Shown here: positions 42,001 through 50,062 of the stretch, piece after piece
Layout: the number at the start of each line of letters is the position of its first letter
Numbering within the stretch: the stretch's first letter is position 1
NCBI GenBank assembly: GCA_048270185.1
Contig: JBLWTJ010000001.1
Location: 1,664,001 to 1,728,000 of the forward strand
Length of the DNA stretch: 64,000 bases
Source of the DNA: Bacteriovoracaceae bacterium
GTDB lineage: Bacteria; Bdellovibrionota; Bacteriovoracia; Bacteriovoracales; Bacteriovoracaceae
Reading direction: 5' to 3'
Notes under the pieces: model-generated
What the model saw: the letters and a program-made list of their open reading frames with translations, nothing else
What the model was told of the DNA's origin: nothing
Database searches by the model: none
Program-made: the position numbers and the translations under genes

Positions 42001-42735
42001 ACGTAGGTCTTCAAATACTTTATGAGCAACAACAGAGATTTCAGTACGTTTGATTTTATCTTTAAGCGTACGAGCTCTTTCTGCTTTCTCCGCTTGCTTT
42101 TGTAGAGACTTTAGATTTTTTTCAATTTCAATTGTAAGATCATTTAGACGGTTTAAGTTCTGCTCAGTGGCTTCGATTTTTCTCATCGACTCTTTTTTAC
42201 GAACTTTAAACTTTGTGATTCCTGCAACTTCTTCAATCATCGAGCGACGCTCAACAGGTTTAGCCTGAACAAGTCTGTTGATCTCACCTTGAGCAATGAT
42301 TGAATACGACTTTGCACCTGCACCAGTATCCATGAATACTTCTTGAATATCTTTTAGACGAGCTGGCTCACCATTAATACGATATTCAGTATCACCATTA
42401 CGATATAATTTTCTTGTGAGCTGAATCTCTGAAGGGTTTGCAACCTTTCCACCGATGTGAATATGCTTACCGTGAGTGTTTTCAAGAACGAGAGTCGCCT
42501 CGGCCCAAGCCGCTGGATTATATTTAGAAGAACCCGCAAAGATTAGATCCTTCATCGAGTTTCCTCTTAGGTGTTTTGCTGATTGCTCACCCATGATCCA
42601 AAATAAGGCATCTACGATATTAGATTTACCACAGCCGTTAGGCCCAACAATCCCAGTAATTCCGTCGTCAAAGTTAATAATGGTACGATCTTTAAAAGAT
42701 TTAAAGCCCTGGATAATTAGTCTTTTCAGTTGCAC
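39052..42735 (-). CDS. smc: Chromosome segregation protein SMC
   Basis: GPNGCGKSN, long coiled coils, MSGGEK, LLDEVDAPLD. Confidence 0.97.
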   Translation of the reverse strand: MQLKRLIIQGFKSFKDRTIINFDDGITGIVGPNGCGKSNIVDALFWIMGEQSAKHLRGNSMKDLIFAGSSKYNPAAWAEATLVLENTHGKHIHIGGKVANPSEIQLTRKLYRNGDTEYRINGEPARLKDIQEVFMDTGAGAKSYSIIAQGEINRLVQAKPVERRSMIEEVAGITKFKVRKKESMRKIEATEQNLNRLNDLTIEIEKNLKSLQKQAEKAERARTLKDKIKRTEISVVAHKVFEDLRELRDGGSDLTEKKMQLEQWSTTKDSLEISLEEERFEREEKTARIDELQKERNEVSNKLAAAEERLNALCKSLTDKEEQLEQRQKEIEELAQEIEERLLKKEEIETEINDVITSSKEDYDYEAASEKLESMKTELEDKQSQISELEEEFSIKKEELVKMEQQAFQNNSKLEEYAATLQDLATEIEAIEKQYSGVSTELAKERDEVMTAKNLVDELTEKEVSLKETVNELTIKDRDLESELKTLTKEQITKQSRLASLKEIQASLEGAKEGVSKFLSEVDSDKYTVLGNIIKCDDKYTNAVTALLGEFLESLVTSESDLSLLKNWVTENDESALEILLADKTADVISAEARERLSVKLGSELTTLSDIIELPEEYKSKLTPYLSSLFIVDQIDLDKVTSLESSISFGGICDLSGNIQIRNRQNATVLHVKGSQEQGQSAIERNNTIESLDTELVTLNEKVVELEESVNASNELLRAKINELEEARLNLSESRADYAAKNSALESKLASMESGNTRLDILKNRKDETSKLRLAILEKEESFNKDKQEVEEAISTIAERVQDFKDSYNEMNEVYEADREVYVSKQVEAKTFEQRVNSLRSQSEDIEKQIEKQNLRRETNTELITKLEEELENVQVEIETLENDNNEKADILASKDEVLSLMKDEFSELLLAMQEREDQVKELTKNINKTDKEITEKEVRLERCLNEEEENVRNIFEKYRVDLRESIGRYLEYGQDDFEKLNDISTMYFMETENGPKEIEKESFEFIRKYGQDLKDQGHRLKNYKSEFGRLGEINWQAIEDYDRQKLRYDFLKVQEVELRKSLEDLQAAIEHIDEKSRERFKVAFEEVDTRFRKVFPIIFGGGEARLEVVGDIDDPECGVDIIAKPPGKKMQNINLMSGGEKAMTAVSLIFSIFLVKPSPFCLLDEVDAPLDDANVGRFNELLREMSAESQFILITHNKKTMELNDTLYGVTMQEPGVSKAVSVQLQ

Positions 42736-42965
42736 TTTGATTCACTCCGTCAATTTATCTCTATAATGTGTGTTGTGTAGGCCTTTAATCTACCATTTTA
42801 AGCATCATATCGTACACTTTTAATATTTCAGTTGCGCTAAACTAAAAATGTAATATCAGTAACTTACAGACTCACAATCCTAACAAGAACTAACATACCA
42901 AATAACAAAGTATGTATTTCGTACTAAGACTTTATCATTCGATGAAATCTGCCGATAAGACAAAA

Positions 42966-44099
42966 ATGGATAACAATTCAAAGAGCGTCTACTTCACAAT
43001 TGATTTTCACCTAGTGGTGCGAAATAAAGCACTGCCTTATAATATCTATATCAACTCTTCGACCATTAAGGGAAAAGATCACTATGTGAAAATAGTGAGA
43101 CCAGGTGAAACCCTTGATGATGCAGCTGTTGAAGATTTTAAAAAGTATCAAAGAATTCATGTTCTTGAATCTGAGCGTGGTCTTTATCTTCAATCGCTAG
43201 CAGAAGATGAAAGCTTTGACTCTCTTGATAAAGTTACGGCCATTAAAGACTCGGCCGTTAAGCACCTTGATGATATTTTTAATCCTGGTAAAGAATTTAA
43301 TACTGAAATTCTTGGAGAGGCCCTTGATGGTTGTCACGATTCAATGAAAGCGATGGTTGGTGTTATCAAAGATTATGATATCAACAGTCTGAAGAAATTA
43401 ATCGGTGAACTTTCTTTTCATGATTTTTACACATACGACCACTCGATAAATGTAAGTATGTATAGTGTTTTAATTCTAAAACAATATCGTCCTAAAGCTT
43501 CTGAAGCTGATCTTGTTGCTATCGGTCTAGGTGGACTTCTCCATGACTTAGGAAAAACAAAAGTCTCAACTGAGATCTTAAATAAAACAGGAAATCTCTC
43601 TGATGAAGAATTTGCTGAAATTAAGAAGCATCCTGAGTATGGTGTTGAATTATTTCGCGAGGCCAATCCAGACTTTCCGGGTCTAAAGAAAGAGTCCATT
43701 GAAAAAGTAATTATTGAACACCATGAAAATGTTGATGGCTCAGGTTATCCAAACGGTTTAAAGGGAGCTGATCACCATATGTTTTCGAAGGTCGTCTCAG
43801 TTGCTGACTTCTTTGATGCAATCACGACAAAGCGTTCATACTCACAGGCACTGCCTATTGAGGATGCTTTAGAAATTATGAAGAAAACTGTTGGGAAAAA
43901 AATAGATGGTGAAATTTTTGATTTCTTTGTAAAGAAAGTTTCAAAAGTTATCCTAACAGGTAAGACAATGGTTACTCTGCCCGATGACTTCAATACTGAA
44001 ATCGCTCATGCAGAGCTCCCAATTCAAAAGGTTCAACCTAAGAAGCTTGGCGAGAACTTTACAAAGGCCGAAGAAAACCCAAATAAAATTACAAAGTAA
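42966..44099 (+). CDS. HD-GYP c-di-GMP phosphodiesterase (start 42966 or further upstream)
   Basis: YTYDHS, LLHDLGK, HHENVDGSGYP. Confidence 0.92.
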   Translation: MDNNSKSVYFTIDFHLVVRNKALPYNIYINSSTIKGKDHYVKIVRPGETLDDAAVEDFKKYQRIHVLESERGLYLQSLAEDESFDSLDKVTAIKDSAVKHLDDIFNPGKEFNTEILGEALDGCHDSMKAMVGVIKDYDINSLKKLIGELSFHDFYTYDHSINVSMYSVLILKQYRPKASEADLVAIGLGGLLHDLGKTKVSTEILNKTGNLSDEEFAEIKKHPEYGVELFREANPDFPGLKKESIEKVIIEHHENVDGSGYPNGLKGADHHMFSKVVSVADFFDAITTKRSYSQALPIEDALEIMKKTVGKKIDGEIFDFFVKKVSKVILTGKTMVTLPDDFNTEIAHAELPIQKVQPKKLGENFTKAEENPNKITK

Positions 44100-44690
44100 T
44101 CACACTAAGTAGATTGGGTATAGAGACGAAATTAAAAGTAGTGCCATGACGATATTAAAGATTCGTAGGCGTCTTTCATTTTCTAAAAATCCTTTAAGCT
44201 TAAGACCTGCAAAAACCCAAACAGTAATTGATGGCAAGTTCATTAAACTAAATGCCATAAGAATTGCAAGTAAGCTTAGAGTGTGTTCACCTGAATAAAT
44301 TGTTACTGCCGAAATGGCCATCGTCCAAGCTTTTGGATTTATCCACTGAAAAACAGCAGCTTCGACAAATGACATTGGCTTCTTGGCCTCTTGGTCTTGA
44401 GAATTAAATGTACTAAAGCCAATCTTAAAGGCAAGAACAAGAAGGTAACTTCCACACATCATCTGTAAAACTTTTTGAAGATTTGGATAGATCTTAAATA
44501 GGTCACTTGCTCCAAAACCAATAATGGCAACCATCAAGATAAAGCCAACATAAACCCCAAGCATATGAGGAATGGTTTTCTTAAATCCGTGGTTTGCTCC
44601 TGAGGTCATAAGAAGAATATTATTCGGACCAGGAGTGATTGATGAAACAAGGGCAAATGCGAATAGGGCGTATAGTGTTGTCGTGCTCAT
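44100..44690 (-). CDS. LysE-family amino acid exporter
   Basis: ITPGPNN, FQWINPKAW. Confidence 0.92.
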   Translation of the reverse strand: MSTTTLYALFAFALVSSITPGPNNILLMTSGANHGFKKTIPHMLGVYVGFILMVAIIGFGASDLFKIYPNLQKVLQMMCGSYLLVLAFKIGFSTFNSQDQEAKKPMSFVEAAVFQWINPKAWTMAISAVTIYSGEHTLSLLAILMAFSLMNLPSITVWVFAGLKLKGFLENERRLRIFNIVMALLLISSLYPIYLV

Positions 44691-44762
44691 AGGAGCAGTC
44701 TACATGATTTTGAAAATAGTTTATTGCAAAGAGTCGTTATCTGATGTTATATTTTGCAATAT

Positions 44763-45215
44763 ATGACGAAGATAGACTCAATTGACGAAAGAATATTGCA
44801 AGAATTGGAAAATAACGGAAGAATCAGTAATTCTGATTTAGCTGAGATTGTAGGACTTTCTCCTTCCGCATGCTTAAGGCGCGTGCAAGAACTTGAGAGG
44901 TCGAAGGTTATCACTGGCTACCGTGCAAGAATCAATCGTGCCAAACTAGGAACAACCTTTACTGCTTATATGACAGTTGGCCTTTCAAATCACACGAAGA
45001 AATCACAAAAAGATTTCGAAGCGGCCGTTGCGGATTCTCCAGAAGTTGTTGAATGTCACAACGTGACTGGTAGTTTTGAGTATATCCTGCGAATTGAGAC
45101 AACAGATCTAGCTTCGTATAAAATTTTTCACACAGAAGTTCTAGGTATTTTGCCACAAGTAAACTCCATCTCAACTTACGTTGTTATGGAATCTTCTAAA
45201 GACAAGCGTAAATAG
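44763..45215 (+). CDS. Lrp/AsnC-family regulator
   Basis: LAEIVGLSPSACLRRV, ECHNVTG; divergent from lysE. Confidence 0.94.
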   Translation: MTKIDSIDERILQELENNGRISNSDLAEIVGLSPSACLRRVQELERSKVITGYRARINRAKLGTTFTAYMTVGLSNHTKKSQKDFEAAVADSPEVVECHNVTGSFEYILRIETTDLASYKIFHTEVLGILPQVNSISTYVVMESSKDKRK

Positions 45216-45217
45216 GA

Positions 45218-45493
45218 TTACTTATAGAACTCAACGAAGAATTGAACCTCACCTAAAGGCTTTACGTGGTGTAAGACCTCTGGTTCAACAACACCGAATT
45301 TCTTCTCATTTAATTCAATCTCTTCTTGAACGCCCTCTTCAATTTTATAAAGGAGATTCCCCTTTATAATATTAATAAGCCCCCAACTTCCTTTCTTAGT
45401 TTTATGATTTTTAAGCAGGCCATTAGGAATAGTATCCTGATTGAAAATAGGTGTTTTCTTATATGCAGTAACATTGTCTGGTAGAACCTTCAT
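45218..45493 (-). CDS. DUF1971 (TehB N-terminal-like cupin) protein
   Basis: YKKTPIF...IP..LL..H.TK.G.WG, HHVKP, FFVEFY. Confidence 0.85.
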   Translation of the reverse strand: MKVLPDNVTAYKKTPIFNQDTIPNGLLKNHKTKKGSWGLINIIKGNLLYKIEEGVQEEIELNEKKFGVVEPEVLHHVKPLGEVQFFVEFYK

Positions 45494-45622
45494 ATATCCT
45501 CTTGATAAGAAATTAACGACTCTAACAACCTAATATTAGATTGTGATCTTATGATATCAAACAGAAATTTGAATTAGTAGTTAATTTGAGTATATGATCC
45601 TTAAACCTTTAGGGAGGCAAGT

Positions 45623-46471
45623 ATGAAGATTATCTTATTAGTGGTAGCACTTTTACCAATCTTAGCATTTTCAAAAACAACAAATCTTTCACAGAGCAAT
45701 CGACCGTCTCATTATTTCAAAAGAGAAAAAGCGATTTTAAATGTTGGCCTTGCCTACTACGGTGACTACTGGAAAGAGAATGATCTAAAACGAATCACTC
45801 CCATGTTAAAAGAAAGATTTGCCTTAGCAACTAATGAAGTACTTACTCTTAATATCGTTGCTATCGATGTCCTAAGCTATAAAACAAAATTTGACCCTGT
45901 CTTAATGAAGAAGACTTATCCACAAATTAAAGATGAAGCGCGACTGCAACGTGTTTACTACTATGAAACTTTAAAAGGAAATATTCTTTCTGAAGTTTAT
46001 GATGAATTTAAAAAAGCAAAACTTGGAAACTCTTATAAAAGTCTCGATGCACTTCTTGTTGTAACAGGTGCTCAATTTGATGGTCTAGGACTGGCCAACG
46101 GCCGTGTCGCTGTCACAGAGCAGCCACGAGAAATTGCTTGGGGACTACCTGACGGTGGTCGCACAGAAATCGTCAGTGATGAATCAATCGTCGATGAACT
46201 AATCCACGAACTTGGCCATATCATCTTCTTAGGTCACACTTCAACTCAATGTATGAAGCCAGACCTGACTCTTGAAGAGCGCAATCAATGTTGTGAAGCT
46301 TCCCCATCAAAGAACGATGTTATGAGCTATTGTCGCAATCGCAATGACGTCAATCACGGTGTCATCTTCGGTTTTGAATCATGTAATCGCGAAATGATCA
46401 ACGAACTCATCATTCCTGCCATGCTTAAAGGCAAGCGCTGGAACGTCAGCGGACGCCAAACCTGCAAGTAA
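45623..46471 (+). CDS. Secreted zinc metallopeptidase (metzincin-like)
   Basis: Signal peptide; HELGHIIFLGH and a downstream VMSY Met-turn. Confidence 0.7.
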   Translation: MKIILLVVALLPILAFSKTTNLSQSNRPSHYFKREKAILNVGLAYYGDYWKENDLKRITPMLKERFALATNEVLTLNIVAIDVLSYKTKFDPVLMKKTYPQIKDEARLQRVYYYETLKGNILSEVYDEFKKAKLGNSYKSLDALLVVTGAQFDGLGLANGRVAVTEQPREIAWGLPDGGRTEIVSDESIVDELIHELGHIIFLGHTSTQCMKPDLTLEERNQCCEASPSKNDVMSYCRNRNDVNHGVIFGFESCNREMINELIIPAMLKGKRWNVSGRQTCK

Positions 46472-46665
46472 GCAAATGAAGAGTTAGCGAAGCGATACTC
46501 TTCAGACAATCTTCGAATTGTGCACGATGGTCGCAGCCACATCCTGCGGCCAAAAAGCAACGCTTTTTGACGCTGAGATGCTTAATTCCAAGAAATAAAA
46601 AAATAAGCGTCAGCGCCATTTTTTTATGACAGTTTTTATACGTGAAGTAAATGTCAGCTTATTTT

Positions 46666-46689
46666 AAAAAGAATGGTCGGAGCGAGAGG
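46666..46689. repeat. att site, distal copy (duplicated tRNA-Pro 3' end)
   Basis: AAAAAGAATGGTCGGAGCGAGAGG identical to 55562-55585. Confidence 0.95.
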
Positions 46690-46828
46690 TTTCTACTACA
46701 AAAGTCGAAACTTACTATCCAACTGACTGAATTAACATTAATAACAAATAGTTATAAAGGTTTCCTAAGTTTTGGTATTTCACTTTTATTCATTTTATCT
46801 CACTACTTTTCACTGTATTGGCTGGGAT

Positions 46829-47827
46829 TTAGAACTCCCTAGCCCTTGCTTTTATAAGTGCAGGTGTAAAATCATGCTCATCAGTGTATGCCAAAAGTTT
46901 TTTCTTACCGTTCTTCTCACCAATTAATAATCTCTTAGTACCAGCAATACCTAAGCCAAGATTCTCACGAGGCAAGACATAGCCTCTATATATATTAACA
47001 CCATGAGCCTGACTTACAGAGGACTCCGAATGCCAATCAATTTTAAACTTTTTATCAGTAGCACCTCTTAAAGTAGGAAACGAGAGGGCTAAAAAACCAC
47101 AATAAGAGATTTGTTTCAAATCATCACAATTGCATTTCCTAATATCGCTTAAAAATTGTGGTATTACTTCGAAATTTGAAATTTTTGAAATATCTGATTC
47201 GTTCATTCCCTCAAAAAATGATTGTACAAAAGCAGAATATTTCAAACTTTCAAGACTACAATTTGAATAATTCTTTAGATAATCAAAAATTTCATCTTCA
47301 TTTTCCTTTAAAAACTTTTCAAGTACTTCTTGCTTTGGGCCAGAAGGAACAAAATTTAGAATATCAAGTTCTTTGCTACAATACAGCTTATCGTCCCCAC
47401 AAGTTGAACAATCATTTTTCAATAATCTTCGGTCTTCTATATCTACGACTATTGGAGACTTTCTAGTATAAAGTATATTTTGCAAAGCTAAGCTAACTGT
47501 AGTCAATCCAGCAGAAGTAGTGTGGCCATCAGGGAAACTGCTAAAATGTTTTTCAAGCTCTTCCTCGGGGCATAAGCTACTTTTTTTCATTGGCTTAAAA
47601 AGAATATTTGATCCCATTTTATTTACTGAGCTAACAAACACCTTGCCCTTTGCGTCACTTTGCAATATTGGATAAATTGAATACGGAACTAATATAATTA
47701 TAAAATGCTTCAGTTGAGTTGCAAGACTTTCTAGTTTGAATAAAAAATCCACGACATCACTAATATTAGTACGATATAGAACTAAATCTCTCTCAATGAA
47801 TGGGGAAATAAAGACTTCAAAACGCAC
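46829..47827 (-). CDS. Unknown protein, candidate effector of the upstream ATPase
   Basis: 7 nt downstream of the ATPase gene; CSTC motif; C-terminal R-L-L...YTDEH resembles RelE/BECR-type RNases (weak). Confidence 0.6.
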   Translation of the reverse strand: MRFEVFISPFIERDLVLYRTNISDVVDFLFKLESLATQLKHFIIILVPYSIYPILQSDAKGKVFVSSVNKMGSNILFKPMKKSSLCPEEELEKHFSSFPDGHTTSAGLTTVSLALQNILYTRKSPIVVDIEDRRLLKNDCSTCGDDKLYCSKELDILNFVPSGPKQEVLEKFLKENEDEIFDYLKNYSNCSLESLKYSAFVQSFFEGMNESDISKISNFEVIPQFLSDIRKCNCDDLKQISYCGFLALSFPTLRGATDKKFKIDWHSESSVSQAHGVNIYRGYVLPRENLGLGIAGTKRLLIGEKNGKKKLLAYTDEHDFTPALIKARAREF

Positions 47828-47834
47828 AACTAGA

Positions 47835-49325
47835 TTACACTTCTCCAGCTTCTATTTTTTCAAGTCGAAGCTTTGTTAGGTCATCTATTAGCTTATCTCT
47901 TTCATCCATAAAACCATCAGGAGGATTAATTATATATCCCATGTTGTCGTGTTCAATTTTTCGAGCAACAGCTTTTCCATCAATTCTCTCAACCCATAGC
48001 ATTTTTACTTCTTCAAATAGTTGAGGATATTTCACATTAAAATATACTAATTTACTCAATAAGCTTTCACTGTGAGTTTCGATTAGTACAACTTTTCCAA
48101 GTAAAGACATCTGCCCAAAAAAGTCAGCTAACTTAGACTGTGCACTTGGATGAAGGTGGATTTCAGGTTCATCAACAATACAAGTTTCAGACCTGTCAGA
48201 ACTAAGTACTCTGAAAATCACCGGTAAGATTTGACTTAAACCGTATCCCATATTGTTAATAGAAAGCTCTTTACCATCTAAAACTAATATAATTTCAGAA
48301 GTCAAACCTGATGCTATTGATCTGATATCAATCGTTTTTGCAATTTTAAAGAAGTTAACCCAATAATTTAAACTTTCCTCAAGTGTTTGCTGTACGATTT
48401 CATTTTTAGAAAAATCAAAATAACTATCTATTTTGTTATTTTTCTTCCTAATATAATCTTCTAGTGGATTATTAAATCCACCATCTGAATAGATACGATG
48501 AGGCTCGCCTCTAAATGGAGGAATGACAATGATTTTGTCTACTTCTATCTCAGGGATAAAATCAACATCAATACTATTATGAAGCTGAACATAGTCTCCA
48601 AATTTAGGCTCATTAATCTTTCTTAGATTATTAGCGACTACCCCTTTTTTAGTAAAAGCTTTTTTATATTCTTCACTTAAGCAGTCCTCAAGACTTTCTA
48701 TATTTAAATCAAAACTAAGAAGCATAAAATTTTTGAATTTTACATTTCTAACGTCCGAAAACTCAACAACACTACTGAATACACCGCTTGGCCTTACATT
48801 TTTTCCAGCTTTTGCTAATAAGTTAGTGATCATGTAATCAATAAACCTTCCCTCTGAGTAATCAGCAAAATGTACAAACTTTTCTGCTTTTATCTTCCAC
48901 TCACCTGTTGCAGTATTCATTTCTGCTTCAATTGAATGTTCTGGGCTTGCTCTATAAAACATCCTCTTCAGTAAAATATATTCAAAAGTATCTTTACCGT
49001 AATCTTCTCTATGTAGGAAAAATGTTAGCTCTGCATAACCTTGGTCAGATTCAAAAGATAAAAATACTTCCTCATCAGCTATATTGTTTAAAAGTTCCGA
49101 AGGCTTACCTATTTCTAAGTAAGGCCCATTCACTTTTAACATCGGGACTTCTGAGCCTAAATAGTTTTTAGTTTCATTATATGACTGAAGAATTATGAGT
49201 ATTGCTTGATATACAGAGCTCTTACCTGAACTGTTAACCCCTGACAGTAGAGTTAGCTTACTCAATTCTATATATTCAATATCTCCGAAAGACTTAAAGT
49301 TTTTTATTCCTATTTTTCTTAACAT
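47835..49325 (-). CDS. ABC-type AAA ATPase (AAA_15/AAA_21, DUF3696-like tail)
   Basis: IKNFKSF, GVNSSGKSS, MGYGLSQILP, IVDEPEIHLHPSAQ, IETHSE, terminal PPDGFMD. Confidence 0.9.
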   Translation of the reverse strand: MLRKIGIKNFKSFGDIEYIELSKLTLLSGVNSSGKSSVYQAILIILQSYNETKNYLGSEVPMLKVNGPYLEIGKPSELLNNIADEEVFLSFESDQGYAELTFFLHREDYGKDTFEYILLKRMFYRASPEHSIEAEMNTATGEWKIKAEKFVHFADYSEGRFIDYMITNLLAKAGKNVRPSGVFSSVVEFSDVRNVKFKNFMLLSFDLNIESLEDCLSEEYKKAFTKKGVVANNLRKINEPKFGDYVQLHNSIDVDFIPEIEVDKIIVIPPFRGEPHRIYSDGGFNNPLEDYIRKKNNKIDSYFDFSKNEIVQQTLEESLNYWVNFFKIAKTIDIRSIASGLTSEIILVLDGKELSINNMGYGLSQILPVIFRVLSSDRSETCIVDEPEIHLHPSAQSKLADFFGQMSLLGKVVLIETHSESLLSKLVYFNVKYPQLFEEVKMLWVERIDGKAVARKIEHDNMGYIINPPDGFMDERDKLIDDLTKLRLEKIEAGEV

Positions 49326-49340
49326 TACATGTAGCCCAAT

Positions 49341-49369
49341 AAAAAAAGCCCTTTATGATAAAGGGCTTT
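49341..49369 (-). terminator. Intrinsic terminator between the microprotein gene and the ATPase gene
   Basis: AAAGCCCTTTAT/ATAAAGGGCTTT inverted repeat with a 7-U tail on the minus strand. Confidence 0.85.
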
Positions 49370-49406
49370 ATATAATTCTTAATAATTTAGCTTAAATAGT
49401 TTATAG

Positions 49407-49523
49407 TTATTCGTCCACTTCGAGATCAGAAAATTCAGTTTCAGAGAATTCAAGATTTAGCTCACTTAAATCAAAATCAATCTCCATGATGTCAATTTGA
49501 TCGTAAATAGAGTTCACATTCAT
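49407..49523 (-). CDS. 38-aa highly acidic microprotein (not in ORF track)
   Basis: GGAGG RBS 5 nt before ATG; MNVNSIYDQIDIMEIDFDLSELNLEFSETEFSDLEVDE; own promoter and terminator. Confidence 0.75.
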   Translation of the reverse strand: MNVNSIYDQIDIMEIDFDLSELNLEFSETEFSDLEVDE

Positions 49524-49559
49524 ATATTCCTCCAAGAATTATTATATTAACCAATTATC

Positions 49560-49586
49560 TTATCGACATATTGGTAAAAACTTTTA
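49560..49586 (-). promoter_or_regulatory. Sigma-28 (FliA)-like promoter
   Basis: Minus strand TAAA-N15-GTCGATAA versus consensus TAAA-N15-GCCGATAA. Confidence 0.65.
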
Positions 49587-49747
49587 GCCATAAATATACA
49601 CTTTGTAAATATATCTACGCTATACTTATTATAAATTTTACACCATTATATTCGAATTTCGAAGAAAAACAACTTTGCCTAGAGAAATCTTTATTTAATA
49701 AAACTTAATCACTGTTTTAACTATAAGCATAAGTTATTGATATTTAA

Positions 49748-49975
49748 CTAATCTCGAGTAAATAAGTCAGTAACCTCTACATCAAAGGCTACTGCTAGCC
49801 TATAAACAGACGAGAGGGAAGGACTATGGCCACCACTCTCTATTTTCTGATAATGCCTATAATTAAAGCCATACTGCACCATGTCCTCTTGTGTAAGACC
49901 TCTCGCCCTTCTAAGTTTCTTAATCTTAGAAGCTAATTTATAGATAAATTCTTCATAATTCTCACATGATGCCAT
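49748..49975 (-). CDS. Small XRE-family HTH regulator (controller-protein-like)
   Basis: IKKLRRARGLTQEDM...YQKIESG.HSPSL. Confidence 0.9.
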   Translation of the reverse strand: MASCENYEEFIYKLASKIKKLRRARGLTQEDMVQYGFNYRHYQKIESGGHSPSLSSVYRLAVAFDVEVTDLFTRD

Positions 49976-50008
49976 TCAAATATTATTGAATTCACGTACA
50001 AATTACAC

Positions 50009-50042
50009 CACGTACTATATAGTTCGTGTTCAGTGTTATAAT
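50009..50042 (+). promoter_or_regulatory. Palindromic operator plus extended -10 promoter
   Basis: CACGTACTATATAGTTCGTG (near-perfect 20-bp palindrome) then TGTTATAAT. Confidence 0.6.
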
Positions 50043-50062
50043 CACCTTAAGAGGTGAAATTT

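Noticed and set aside
39158..42766. Several short ORFs within smc, and similar nested ORFs in other long genes
   Set aside because: Antisense or alternative-frame shadows of well-supported genes
46651..46842. 63-aa ORF across the distal att site, and a second tRNA there
   Set aside because: The ORF spans the recombination junction with no recognisable motif; only 16 nt of tRNA sequence are duplicated
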